This document shows positions 11,780-20,850 of a DNA stretch of 64,000 bases, in pieces. The DNA is taken from the NCBI RefSeq assembly GCF_963974615.1, contig NZ_CAXBDH010000012.1, forward strand, positions 29,270-93,269, in the 5' to 3' direction. Both the position numbers and the translations under genes were made by a program. Within the stretch, counting starts at the first letter, position 1; every line of letters begins with the position of its first letter. The DNA is from an uncultured Brevundimonas sp. Lineage in GTDB: Bacteria; Pseudomonadota; Alphaproteobacteria; Caulobacterales; Caulobacteraceae. Under the pieces are notes generated by a model. It was not told the DNA's origin. It did not search any database and worked only from the letters and a program-made list of their open reading frames with translations.

Positions 11780-12682
11780 TCATTTCGGCAGTTGATCCAG
11801 CTGGCCGCGTAGCATCTGCAGGATGGCCGAAAAGTCGCGTCCGCCGTAGCCCAGTCGATCGAACAGCTGGAACAGGGCTTCGGACTGCGCGCCCAATGGC
11901 GTGCTGGCTCCGGACCTGGCCGCCGCGTCCTGGGCCAGTTTCAGATCCTTCAACATCATCGCCGTGGCGAAGCCGCCGTCATAGTTGCGGTTCGATGGAG
12001 CCGTCGGCACCGGACCCGGCCACGGATAGTAGCTGCTGACGCTCCACGACTGGCCCGATGATTTCGAGGCGATGTCGAAGAATTTGACCGGATCCAGACC
12101 CAGCTTCTCGGCCAGGGCCACGGCTTCGCAGGTGCCGATCATGGTGATGCCCAGGATCATGTTGTTGCAGATCTTGGCCGCCTGCCCGGCCCCGTGGTCA
12201 CCGGCGCGCATCGTCACCCGGCTCATCGGCTCCAGCGCCGGTTCAACCCGGGCGAAATCAGCCTCGTCGCAACCGACCATGAAGGCCAGGGTCCCGGCGT
12301 CGGCCGCGACCGTCCCGCCCGAGACCGGCGCGTCGGCGAAAGCGTATCCGGCGTCCTTGGCCAGTCCGGCGACCTTGCGCGCCGTGTCGACGTCGATGGT
12401 CGAACAGTCCAGCAGCAGGGCCGTCTTCGGCGCGGCACCGATGATCTGTTCCGAATAGACCGACAGCACATGCGGTCCGGCGGGCAGCATGGTGATGACG
12501 ATGTCCGCCTCTGCCACCGCTTCGGCCACCGATCCGGTCGCGACACAGCCCGCGGCCACGGCCCGTTCCAGCGCCGCCGGTGACAGGTCAAAGGCCCGGA
12601 CGGCGTGACCGGCCCTGGCCTGGTTGGCGGCCATGCCACCGCCCATGTTGCCGAGTCCGATAAAGGCGATCTTGCTGGTCAT
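11780..12682 (-). CDS. mmsB: 3-hydroxyisobutyrate dehydrogenase
   Basis: N-terminal Rossmann motif IAFIGLGNMGGGMA and HIBADH-family body (DAPVSGG, KICNNM). Lies in a valine-catabolism context. Confidence 0.85.
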   Translation of the reverse strand: MTSKIAFIGLGNMGGGMAANQARAGHAVRAFDLSPAALERAVAAGCVATGSVAEAVAEADIVITMLPAGPHVLSVYSEQIIGAAPKTALLLDCSTIDVDTARKVAGLAKDAGYAFADAPVSGGTVAADAGTLAFMVGCDEADFARVEPALEPMSRVTMRAGDHGAGQAAKICNNMILGITMIGTCEAVALAEKLGLDPVKFFDIASKSSGQSWSVSSYYPWPGPVPTAPSNRNYDGGFATAMMLKDLKLAQDAAARSGASTPLGAQSEALFQLFDRLGYGGRDFSAILQMLRGQLDQLPK

Positions 12683-12764
12683 GGCGGGTGTCTTCCCTGT
12701 GCGAATTTGCGGCAGGGTTAGCCGCTCCCGACCCGTTTCGCCAGACGGACCGGGGCGCTTTCTG

Positions 12765-13523
12765 TCAGCCCGGCTTGCGGAAGCGCAGCATGAACTGGCT
12801 GGTATGCCCCCGGATCGAGGGATCGAAGACGCTGGCGGTCAGGGGATCATCGGGGTTGACCAGAACCTCGCTCTCGCCGTCCAGCACAAAGCCCGCCGCC
12901 TCGACCTCGGCCTTGACCGCTGCCGGGTCGATCCGGTGCAGGGTGTTGGCGACGTTCAGGTCTGCGCCGGCGACGGCGAAATGGTCGACCACAACATAGT
13001 AGCCGCCGGGCTTGAGGGCGGCGAAGGCCGCGGCATTGGCCCGTGACGCCGACCCGTCCGGCACCTGGGACAGGTGCAGGTCATGATAGTTCTGGGCCGT
13101 GAAGATCAGGTCCAGTCCGTGAGGCCACTCCGGCGCGGCCAGCGAATAGTCGACGGCCGTCACATTGGGCAGGAGTCCGACATCCGTCAGGGCCTGGGCA
13201 TAGGCGGCGGCGAAAGCCACGAATTCTGTTGGTTGCCAGCTGGTGACATGGCCCTGCGGGCCGACGGCGGCAGAAAACACACGGGTAAAATAACCGCCGC
13301 CGATGATCATGTCGCCGACCGACTGGCCCGGCGCGACGCGGGCGAAGGCCAGGGTCTCGGCGGTATGGCGGGCCGCATCACGGGCCCGGTCAGCCTCGGT
13401 CCGGACCGGATCGGCCAGGGCCGCGGCATAGGCACCCGGGGCCGACTGGGCGGTAACAGGCCCGGCAATCGCTGTGGTCAGGGCGAGGGCCGCCGTGGCG
13501 GCGAGGAACAGGGAATGGCGCAT
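12765..13523 (-). CDS. Exported class I methyltransferase-fold protein (paralog 1, Sec signal)
   Basis: Signal peptide MRHSLFLAATAALALTTAIAGPVTAQS, then a degenerate motif-I region (VGDMIIGGGYFTRVF). The C-terminus FMLRFRKPG is shared with the adjacent paralog. Confidence 0.7.
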   Translation of the reverse strand: MRHSLFLAATAALALTTAIAGPVTAQSAPGAYAAALADPVRTEADRARDAARHTAETLAFARVAPGQSVGDMIIGGGYFTRVFSAAVGPQGHVTSWQPTEFVAFAAAYAQALTDVGLLPNVTAVDYSLAAPEWPHGLDLIFTAQNYHDLHLSQVPDGSASRANAAAFAALKPGGYYVVVDHFAVAGADLNVANTLHRIDPAAVKAEVEAAGFVLDGESEVLVNPDDPLTASVFDPSIRGHTSQFMLRFRKPG

Positions 13524-13582
13524 CGCAACTCTCCAGCGCGCCTTCGTGGCGCACCCCAGATTAACGCCATCCCGGCCCGACG

Positions 13583-14374
13583 TCAGCCCGGCTTGCGGAA
13601 GCGGTAGACGAACTGGTCGGTGCGGCCGCGGATGGCCGGCTCGAAGACATTGACCGTATGATCGTCGGCTGGATTGGCCACAGCGCTCGACTGCGCCTCG
13701 AACACAAAGCCTGCGGCCTCGACCTCGCGGCGCAGGAAGGCACCCTCGATCCGGTGCAGGGTCGAAACCTGGCTGTTGCCCGTGCCCGGCGCGCCCTGGT
13801 GATCGATGACCACGAACAGACCGCCCGGCCGCAGGGCCGCGAACACCGCGGCATTCATCTTCGCCACGTCCACCCCGAAGCCGGGGATGTGGAAGTCGTG
13901 ATATTCCTGGCTCATGAACACCAGATCCAGCGGCTGGTCGAAGCGCATCGTGTCCAGATCGCCGTTGACGCGGCTGACGTTGCCGTAGTCCCCGACCAGA
14001 ACGTCTGCGGTCGCATTCTCGCGCGTGGCGGTGCGGTTGGGCACAAAGGCATAGACGTGGCCGCTGTCGCCGACGCTGCGCGCGAACAGCCGGGTGAAAT
14101 AGCCGGCCCCGGGGCGGATGTCGGCGACCCGGTCACCCCGGCCGATCTCGGCGAACTCCAGCATGGCCAGCGGATGCCGCAGGGCGTCGCGCTCGACCTC
14201 GGCCGCGGGTCGCAGCGGATCGGCGATGGCCGCCGCGTACAGGTCTTCGGCCGGGGCCGGCATGGCCATGGCGCTGTGACTCACCACAGTCCGCTCACCG
14301 CCATCGGTGGCGATGATCAGACAGCCCGACAGGGTGACCGAGGCAGTGGCGGCGAAAAGGAGGGTCTTCAACAT
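13583..14374 (-). CDS. Exported class I methyltransferase-fold lipoprotein (paralog 2)
   Basis: Start at Met 14374 gives MLKTLLFAATASVTLSGC (lipobox). Motif-I-like VADIRPGAGYFTRLF. C-terminus FVYRFRKPG. The first 21 nt at the 3' end (TCAGCCCGGCTTGCGGAAGCG) are identical to paralog 1. Confidence 0.7.
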   Translation of the reverse strand: MLKTLLFAATASVTLSGCLIIATDGGERTVVSHSAMAMPAPAEDLYAAAIADPLRPAAEVERDALRHPLAMLEFAEIGRGDRVADIRPGAGYFTRLFARSVGDSGHVYAFVPNRTATRENATADVLVGDYGNVSRVNGDLDTMRFDQPLDLVFMSQEYHDFHIPGFGVDVAKMNAAVFAALRPGGLFVVIDHQGAPGTGNSQVSTLHRIEGAFLRREVEAAGFVFEAQSSAVANPADDHTVNVFEPAIRGRTDQFVYRFRKPG

Positions 14375-14436
14375 GGCAATATCCCGAATGGCGACGGCAC
14401 AGCTACGCCCCGATTGTGGGGCGGACGCAAGAGGAC

Positions 14437-15486
14437 TCAGAGTGGCGTCCACTCTTCACCCGTCGGAAGGGGCGCGAACAGGGCGTCGAGGGCGGCGTCG
14501 GTGACACCGGCCAGGTCGGAGGGTGACCAGTGCGGGGCGTTGTCCTTGTCGATGATGACGGCCCGGACGCCCTCCTGGAAGTCGTGGGTCCGCACGACCC
14601 GACCGCCCAGCCGGTATTCCATCGCCATGTTTTCGGCGAAGGAGGTCAGGGTCGCCCCCGTGCGCAACTGGCGCAGGGTCACCTTCAGCGACTGCGGCGA
14701 CTTGGTCTTCAGCGTCTTCAGCTGCGCCAGCGCCCAGTCTGACCCGTCGGCCTCCAGCGCCGCGAAGATGGCCTCCACCGTGTCATGCGCGAACAGCCGG
14801 TCGATGGCCTCGCGATGGGCCGCGGTCGGGGCCGGGCCCAGGTCACCGGCTACCGAGGTGATCTGATCGTTTACGGGGGTGGGAAATGCCCCCAACGCCG
14901 CCTTCAGCTCCGGCAGCTTGTCGCTCGGCACGAAATGGGTGTGGATGCCCAGGGCCACGGTGTCGGCCGCCTTCAGCCGCGCCCCGGTCAGGGCCAGCCA
15001 TGTCCCGGTGAACCCCGGCAGGCGCGGCAGGAACCAGCCGCCACCGACGTCGGGGAACAGGCCGATGCCGGTCTCGGGCATGGCGTAGGTGGTGCGTTCG
15101 GTAGCGATGCGGATCCCGGCCGGTTCGGAAATGCCGACGCCGCCGCCCATGACGATGCCGTCGACGATGGCGACGACCGGCTTGGGATAGTCGAACAGCA
15201 GATGGTTCAGCCGGTATTCGGCATGGAAGAAGGCCTTCGCCGCACTGGCGTCCCCGGCCCCGCTCTCGGCGATCATGCGGATGTCGCCCCCGGCGCAGAA
15301 GCCGCGTTCGCCGGCATGGTCGATCAGCACCGACAGCACCGCCGCGTCGTCCTGCCAGTCCAGCAGGGCCGCGATCATCAGGTCGCACATCGCATGGTTC
15401 AGCGCATGCAGCGCCTTTGGCCGGTTCAGGGTGATACGGCCGACGCCGGATTCGACGCGGGTCAGGACTTCGGGTTCTTCGCTCAT
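14437..15486 (-). CDS. Enoyl-CoA hydratase/isomerase family protein, likely 3-hydroxyisobutyryl-CoA hydrolase
   Basis: Crotonase fold (GRITLNRPKALHALN, FCAGGDIR, GIVMGGGVG) with the long C-terminal extension typical of HIBCH. ATGA overlap with the upstream acyl-CoA dehydrogenase stop. Confidence 0.8.
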   Translation of the reverse strand: MSEEPEVLTRVESGVGRITLNRPKALHALNHAMCDLMIAALLDWQDDAAVLSVLIDHAGERGFCAGGDIRMIAESGAGDASAAKAFFHAEYRLNHLLFDYPKPVVAIVDGIVMGGGVGISEPAGIRIATERTTYAMPETGIGLFPDVGGGWFLPRLPGFTGTWLALTGARLKAADTVALGIHTHFVPSDKLPELKAALGAFPTPVNDQITSVAGDLGPAPTAAHREAIDRLFAHDTVEAIFAALEADGSDWALAQLKTLKTKSPQSLKVTLRQLRTGATLTSFAENMAMEYRLGGRVVRTHDFQEGVRAVIIDKDNAPHWSPSDLAGVTDAALDALFAPLPTGEEWTPL

Positions 15487-16622
15487 TGCCGCAACATCTC
15501 CCGCGCGGTGATCACCCGCATGATCTCGTTGGTGCCTTCCAGGATGCGGTGCACCCGCAGGTCGCGCACGATCCGCTCCAGCGGATAGTCCTTCAGATAA
15601 CCATAGCCGCCGTGCAGTTGCAGGGCCTCGTCGGCGATCTGGAAACAGGCGTCCGTGGCGAACCTTTTGGCCATGGCGCACCATTTGGTCGCCTCGGGGT
15701 GCTTGTTATCCAGCGCCCAGGCTCCGCGCAGCACCAGCAGCCGCGCCGCCTCCAGTTGGGTCGCCATGTCGGCCAGTTTGAACTGGGTATTCTGGAAGTC
15801 CGCCAACGGCTTGCCGAACTGTTTTCGCGTGGTGACGTAATCCTGGGCCGTCTCCAGCGCCAGCCGCGCCCCGCCGATCGAACAGGCGGCGATGTTGAGC
15901 CGGCCGCCGTCCAGTCCCATCATCGCATAGCGGAAGCCGTCGCCCGCCTTGCCCAGCAGGTTGACCGCCGGAATGCGGCAGTCGTCGAACTGGACGATGG
16001 CCGTCGGCTGACTGTTCCAGCCCATCTTCTTCTCCTGGGCCCCGAAGCTCAGGCCCGGCGCGTCCTTGTCGACCACGAAGGTCGAAATGCCCCTGGGCCC
16101 GTCCACCCCGGTGCGCGCCATCACCACATAGACGTCGCTGGTCCCGGCCCCGGAGATGAAAGCCTTGGACCCGTTCAGCACATAGTGGTCGCCGTCCAGC
16201 TTTGCCGTGGTCCGCAGTGCCGCCGCGTCCGATCCCGAACCCGGCTCGGTCAGGCAATAGGAAGCAATAAGATCCATCGTCACCAGTTTCGGCACATAGC
16301 GGGTGCGCAGGTCGTCCGAACCGATCCGGTCGATCATCCAGGTCGCCATATTGTGGATCGAGATAAAGGCCGCCGTCGACACATCGCCGCGCGACAGCTC
16401 CTCAAAGATCACCGCCGCCTCGACCCGGCCCAGGGCCATGCCGCCGTGTTCCTCGCCGGTATAGATGCCGCAGAAGCCCATCTCGGCCGCGTGTTTCATC
16501 ACGTCGACGGGAAAATGTTTGCTCTCGTCCCATTCGGCCGAATGCGGAGCCAGTTCAGCCTCGGCAAAGGCACGGGCGGCGTCCTGGATGGCGCGCTGGT
16601 CGTCGGTGAGGGCGAAGTCCAT
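15483..16622 (-). CDS. Acyl-CoA dehydrogenase (isobutyryl-CoA dehydrogenase-like)
   Basis: ACAD motifs (CLTEPGSGSDAA, QLHGGYGYLKDYPLERIVRDLRVHRILEGTNEIM). Start at MDFALTDDQ (16622). Confidence 0.85.
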   Translation of the reverse strand: MDFALTDDQRAIQDAARAFAEAELAPHSAEWDESKHFPVDVMKHAAEMGFCGIYTGEEHGGMALGRVEAAVIFEELSRGDVSTAAFISIHNMATWMIDRIGSDDLRTRYVPKLVTMDLIASYCLTEPGSGSDAAALRTTAKLDGDHYVLNGSKAFISGAGTSDVYVVMARTGVDGPRGISTFVVDKDAPGLSFGAQEKKMGWNSQPTAIVQFDDCRIPAVNLLGKAGDGFRYAMMGLDGGRLNIAACSIGGARLALETAQDYVTTRKQFGKPLADFQNTQFKLADMATQLEAARLLVLRGAWALDNKHPEATKWCAMAKRFATDACFQIADEALQLHGGYGYLKDYPLERIVRDLRVHRILEGTNEIMRVITAREMLRQ

Positions 16623-16723
16623 GGGGTATCCTGTCGAGGCGTGATCTAGCCGTGCTTCTAACCGAAGCGCGCGCAAAACGAACCCCTCTCCCTGACGGAG
16701 GGAGCTTTGTATATAGAACCCTG

Positions 16724-17728
16724 ATGACCCCGCCCTTTCCCCCCGCCCCCTTCCCGCTGGCCCGGCCGCGCCGTCTACGCGCGTCGCCGTGGGTGCGGCG
16801 GCTGGTGGCCGAGACCGTGCTGACCCCGGCCGATCTGATCTGGCCGCTGATTGTCCATGACGGGGCTGAGGACCGGGTGCCGGTCGCCTCCATGCCCGGC
16901 GTGTTCCGCCTGTCGCCCAAGGCTGCCGCTGCCGCCGCGGTCGAGGCGCGTGATCTGGGCATTCCGGTCGTGGCCCTGTTCCCCCATGTCGACGCCGCCA
17001 TCAAGGACGCCAACGGCACCGGGGCCACCGATCCCGACGGCCTGATCCCCGACTGTATCAAGGCCATCAAGGACGCCGCGCCCGAGATCGGCGTCATGTG
17101 CGATGTGGCCCTGGATTGCTACACCGACCACGGTCACGACGGGCTGATGGCCGACGGTCGGATCCTGAACGACGATTCGCTGGAGCGGCTGGCCGAACAG
17201 GCCTTCATCCAGGCCCACGCCGGGGCCGACATCGTCGCCCCGTCCGACATGATGGACGGTCGCGTCCAGGCTATCCGCGAGGCGCTGGAAGCCAACGGGT
17301 TCCACGACACCATGATCCTGGTCTATGCGGCCAAATACGCCTCAGCCTTCTACGGGCCGTATCGCGACGCCGTCGGCTCGGCCAAGGCCCTGACCGGCGA
17401 CAAGAAGACCTATCAGATGGACTACGCCAACTCGGATGAGGCCCTGCGCGAGGTGGCCATGGACATCGCCGAGGGGGCCGATGCCGTGATGGTCAAGCCC
17501 GGCATGCCGTATCTCGACATCGTCCGCCGGGTCAGTGAGACCTTCCAGGTCCCGACCTTCGCCTATCAGGTGTCCGGTGAGTACGCGATGATGCAGGCGG
17601 CCATCGCCAACGGCTGGCTGGACGAGGACCGCGCCATCCTCGAGACCCTGCACGGCTTCAAACGCGCCGGCTGTGCCGGTGTCCTCAGCTATTTCGCCCC
17701 GAAGGCGGCAAGGTTGCTGGGGGGCTAG
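16724..17728 (+). CDS. hemB: Porphobilinogen synthase (delta-aminolevulinate dehydratase)
   Basis: RPRRLR...LIWPLIV N-terminus, active-site regions (APSDMMDGRV, VKPGMPYLDI, YQVSGEYAM). Start is taken at Met 16724. Confidence 0.9.
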   Translation: MTPPFPPAPFPLARPRRLRASPWVRRLVAETVLTPADLIWPLIVHDGAEDRVPVASMPGVFRLSPKAAAAAAVEARDLGIPVVALFPHVDAAIKDANGTGATDPDGLIPDCIKAIKDAAPEIGVMCDVALDCYTDHGHDGLMADGRILNDDSLERLAEQAFIQAHAGADIVAPSDMMDGRVQAIREALEANGFHDTMILVYAAKYASAFYGPYRDAVGSAKALTGDKKTYQMDYANSDEALREVAMDIAEGADAVMVKPGMPYLDIVRRVSETFQVPTFAYQVSGEYAMMQAAIANGWLDEDRAILETLHGFKRAGCAGVLSYFAPKAARLLGG

Positions 17729-17729
17729 G

Positions 17730-17978
17730 ATGCCGACCGTCCTGCAGATCGGGCCTTACCGCTTCTTCTTCTACAGCCATGAGCCGAATGAGCCGCCGCA
17801 TATCCATGTGGCCAGCGGCCGGGCGACGGCCAAGGTCTGGACCGGGACGGTCTCGCTGGCGCGCAGCAAAGGTTTTCCGGCCCATGAACTCGGTGCTATA
17901 ATCCGGCTCGTCCATTCAAATCGCGAGCTCTTTCTGGAGGCTTGGCATGACCATTTCGGCGCAAGTCCAAACATCTGA
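17730..17978 (+). CDS. DUF4160 domain-containing protein
   Basis: MPTVLQIGPYRFFFYSHEPNEPPHIHV matches the DUF4160 N-terminal signature. The ATG lies 1 nt after the hemB TAG. Local GC is visibly lower than in the flanks. Confidence 0.75.
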   Translation: MPTVLQIGPYRFFFYSHEPNEPPHIHVASGRATAKVWTGTVSLARSKGFPAHELGAIIRLVHSNRELFLEAWHDHFGASPNI

Positions 17979-18219
17979 CGCCCGCGTTCTCGACGTTTCG
18001 TTTGATGACGACCGCATAAAAGTCGAGTTCGACGACGGCCGGGGCATTGCCCTTCCCCTCGCCTGGTACCCGCGACTGTTGAACGGCACGGCGGAGCAAA
18101 GGGGCCACTGGGAATTGATCGGTGATGGCGAAGGCGTCCACTGGCCGGACCTTGACGAAGACCTGAGCGCCGAGGGCCTGCTGCGCGGTGCGCCGGCCGC
18201 TCACTGGAATGCCGCCTGA
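17947..18219 (+). CDS. DUF2442 domain-containing protein
   Basis: The pattern (VLDVSFDDDRIKVEFDDGRGIALPLAWYPRL...WELIGDGEGVHWPDLDEDLSAEGLL) matches DUF2442. GGAGG lies 7 nt upstream of the ATG. Overlaps the DUF4160 gene by 32 nt. Confidence 0.75.
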   Translation: MTISAQVQTSDARVLDVSFDDDRIKVEFDDGRGIALPLAWYPRLLNGTAEQRGHWELIGDGEGVHWPDLDEDLSAEGLLRGAPAAHWNAA

Positions 18220-18276
18220 CGCTCCACGCCGGCTGGACCCTTGTCGCCTCAGATCACCGGCCATAGGCTCAGCCCC

Positions 18277-18900
18277 ATGATCAGACGCACCCTTGTCGGC
18301 CTCGCCCTGCTCCTGCTGTGGCCGACCCTCGCTGTGGCCCAGGATGCTTCAGTCCCGCCGCCGCCCCTGCCCCGGGTGGTGATGGAAACTTCGGCCGGTC
18401 GCATCGTCATTGAGGTCAATGATCGTCAGGCACCGATCACCGGCGCCAATTTCCTCAGATACGTCGATGAGCACCGGTTCGACGGCACCAGCTTCTATCG
18501 CGCCATGCGTTCGGCCCCGGACCTGGGCCTGGTCCAGGGCGGCACCAACAATGACCCGGCCCGGGTGTTGCCGCCGATCGCCCATGAGCCGACCACGGTG
18601 ACCGGCCTCAGCCATGTCGACGGGGCGGTGTCGATGGCCCGCTATGACGCCGGCACGGCCACGGGCGACTTCTTCGTCTCGGTCGGACCGACGCCCTCCT
18701 ACGACGCGGGCCGCCCGTTCTCGATCGACGACTATGGCTTCGCCGTCTTCGGCAGGGTGGTCGAGGGCATGGATGTCGTGCGCGGCATCCTGATCGCCCC
18801 GACCTCACCGACCGAGGGGGACGGCTTCATGCGCGGCCAGATGCTGGACCCGCGCATCGAAATCGTCACGGCGAGGCGCGAAACCGTCCCGGCGATCTAG
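18277..18900 (+). CDS. ppiA: Periplasmic cyclophilin-type peptidyl-prolyl cis-trans isomerase
   Basis: Signal peptide MIRRTLVGLALLLLWPTLAVAQ, then cyclophilin motifs (NFLRYVDEHRFDGTSFYR, FAVFGRVVEGMDVV). An alternative TTG start lies at 18241. Confidence 0.85.
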   Translation: MIRRTLVGLALLLLWPTLAVAQDASVPPPPLPRVVMETSAGRIVIEVNDRQAPITGANFLRYVDEHRFDGTSFYRAMRSAPDLGLVQGGTNNDPARVLPPIAHEPTTVTGLSHVDGAVSMARYDAGTATGDFFVSVGPTPSYDAGRPFSIDDYGFAVFGRVVEGMDVVRGILIAPTSPTEGDGFMRGQMLDPRIEIVTARRETVPAI

Positions 18901-19973
18901 CCGCCCGACCGCGCCAGCAATTCCACCAGATCGGCCTTCCAGAACACCGCCCAGGTGTGGGTGCCGTGGCCGTGGCCGTCGATGCTGTTCGGGATCAGCC
19001 GGTAGCGGCCGTTACGGATACGCGGCGCATACTGTTCCGACAGACCCAGTTCGGGCGGATTGATGAAATCGTCGGCCGAGTTGATCCAGGTCAGGGGCGC
19101 AGTGATTTGTTCCAGATCGACCGAGGGGTCGTAGTTCCACGAGGCATTGACCTGGTACCACAGGTCATTGGCATCCAGCGCCGGGATGCGCCGGTCCTGC
19201 TGGGCCGCCAGCCAGCCGTCGGCGATCTCGCGGGTGGCCAGGTCGCGCTGCATCGGCATCGGGGCCGAGCCTGCCAGCAGCAGCAGGTCGACCGCCGTGC
19301 GCAGGCCGTGCTGCGGTTGTTCGACATAGTTGCCGCCCTGCCAGGCCGGATCACTGCGGATACTGTCCAGCAGCATGGCCCGCCACAACCGGTTGCGCCC
19401 GGTGATCGCCGTCGGCTCGCAGGCCATCGGCATCAGGGCGTCGGCGAAGTCAGGATGGGTCTCGCCCCAGACGAAGATATGCATACAGCCCATCGAGGTG
19501 CCGAAGATCAGGCGCAGGTGATCGACCCCCAGCCCCTCGACCAGCATTCGCCGCTGGGCCTCGACCATGTCGGCATAGTCGTACTCCGGAAAGGCCGCGC
19601 GCAGCCCGTCGCTGGGCTTGGACGAGTCACCGTGGCCCAGATTGTCGGGCAGGATGACGTAGTAGCGCGTCACGTCCAGCGGCTGCCCCGGCCCGTACAG
19701 TTCGTCGGCAAACTGCGGCACCAGGAATTGCGCACCCGTCCCGCCGGTGCCGTGCAGGATCATCACCGCATTGGTAATCCGGCCATCGGCATCGCGAACC
19801 GGGGCGCCCAGGGTGCGGTAGTGGATCTTCAGCTCGGGCAGGACCGCGCCCGACTCCAGTCGGAAATCATGGCGGACATAGTCGCCCTCGACCGGCGCCG
19901 GGGTCTGGGCCAGGGCCAGTCCGGCCCACAGGGCCAGCGCCGCCCCCGCCATCCATCCTGTCGCGGTTCGCAT
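18897..19973 (-). CDS. Secreted alpha/beta hydrolase (homoserine O-acetyltransferase-like fold)
   Basis: Signal peptide (MRTATGWMAGAALALWAGLALAQ), HGTGGTG oxyanion region, GTSMG nucleophile elbow. Its stop shares CTAG with the convergent ppiA stop. Confidence 0.7.
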   Translation of the reverse strand: MRTATGWMAGAALALWAGLALAQTPAPVEGDYVRHDFRLESGAVLPELKIHYRTLGAPVRDADGRITNAVMILHGTGGTGAQFLVPQFADELYGPGQPLDVTRYYVILPDNLGHGDSSKPSDGLRAAFPEYDYADMVEAQRRMLVEGLGVDHLRLIFGTSMGCMHIFVWGETHPDFADALMPMACEPTAITGRNRLWRAMLLDSIRSDPAWQGGNYVEQPQHGLRTAVDLLLLAGSAPMPMQRDLATREIADGWLAAQQDRRIPALDANDLWYQVNASWNYDPSVDLEQITAPLTWINSADDFINPPELGLSEQYAPRIRNGRYRLIPNSIDGHGHGTHTWAVFWKADLVELLARSGG

Positions 19974-19977
19974 CGGC

Positions 19978-20850
19978 CTACCCCTTGGTGTTTGTTCGTG
20001 CCTGCAATCGTGCCGCCAGGCTGGAGGTGTCCCACCGGGCCCCGCCCATGGCCTGAACCTCGGCATAATAGCCGTCGACCAGCGCCGTCATCTCGAGTTT
20101 CGCACCGTTCGCCCGCGCCTCGTCCAGCACCAGTCCCAGATCCTTGCGCATCCAGTCGACGGCGAAGCCGAAGTCGAATTCGCCCTTCGCCGCTGTCTTC
20201 CAGCGGTTGTCCACCTGCCAGCTCTGGGCCGCCCCCTTGGAGATGGCGTCATAGACGGCGTCGGTGTCCAGTCCGGCGCTCTGGGCGAAATGCACCGCCT
20301 CGGCCAGACCTTGAACCACGCCGGCGATGGCGATCTGGTTGACCATCTTGGTCAGCTGGCCCGCGCCCGACGGCCCCATATGCTTGACCGCCTTGGCATA
20401 GGTCATCAGCGCCGGCTCGACCCGGGCCAGGGCGTCGGCGTCGCCGCCGGCCATCACGCTCAACTGACCGTTCTCGGCCCCGGCCTGTCCGCCTGACACC
20501 GGAGCGTCGATGAAGAACCGTCCGACCTCGGCCGCCAGCGCCGCCATCTCGCGCGCCACCCTGGCAGAGGTGGTGGTGTGGTCGACGATTACCGCGCCGG
20601 CGGCCAGATGCGGCAGGGCCTCGCCCACGACCTGACGCACGTCGTCGTCGTTGCCGACGCACAGGATGAACAGTTCAGCGTCTTCGGCGGCCTCGGCCAC
20701 GCTGGCCGCGAATCGTCCGCCGGTGGCTCCGGCCCAGGTCCGCGCCTTGTCCGGCGAGCGGTTGAACCCGGCGACCGCATGACCGGCCGCGATCAGGTGC
20801 CGTCCCATCGGGGCTCCCATGACACCGAGTCCGGCGAAGGCGATCTTCAT
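19978..20850 (-). CDS. NAD(P)-dependent oxidoreductase, 3-hydroxyisobutyrate / 6-phosphogluconate dehydrogenase family
   Basis: MKIAFAGLGVMGAPMG Rossmann N-terminus, DAPVSGG, KMVNQI. ATGA overlap with the flavin reductase stop. The 491-aa track ORF is a read-through artefact. Confidence 0.8.
   Translation of the reverse strand: MKIAFAGLGVMGAPMGRHLIAAGHAVAGFNRSPDKARTWAGATGGRFAASVAEAAEDAELFILCVGNDDDVRQVVGEALPHLAAGAVIVDHTTTSARVAREMAALAAEVGRFFIDAPVSGGQAGAENGQLSVMAGGDADALARVEPALMTYAKAVKHMGPSGAGQLTKMVNQIAIAGVVQGLAEAVHFAQSAGLDTDAVYDAISKGAAQSWQVDNRWKTAAKGEFDFGFAVDWMRKDLGLVLDEARANGAKLEMTALVDGYYAEVQAMGGARWDTSSLAARLQARTNTKG

Noticed and set aside
17673-17729. Longer DUF4160 start at 17673 overlapping the hemB 3' end.
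   Set aside because: The extension (MPVSSAISPRRRQGCWGAR) is out-of-frame hemB sequence. The DUF4160 family signature begins at MPTV...GPYRFFFY, at the ATG 1 nt after the hemB stop.
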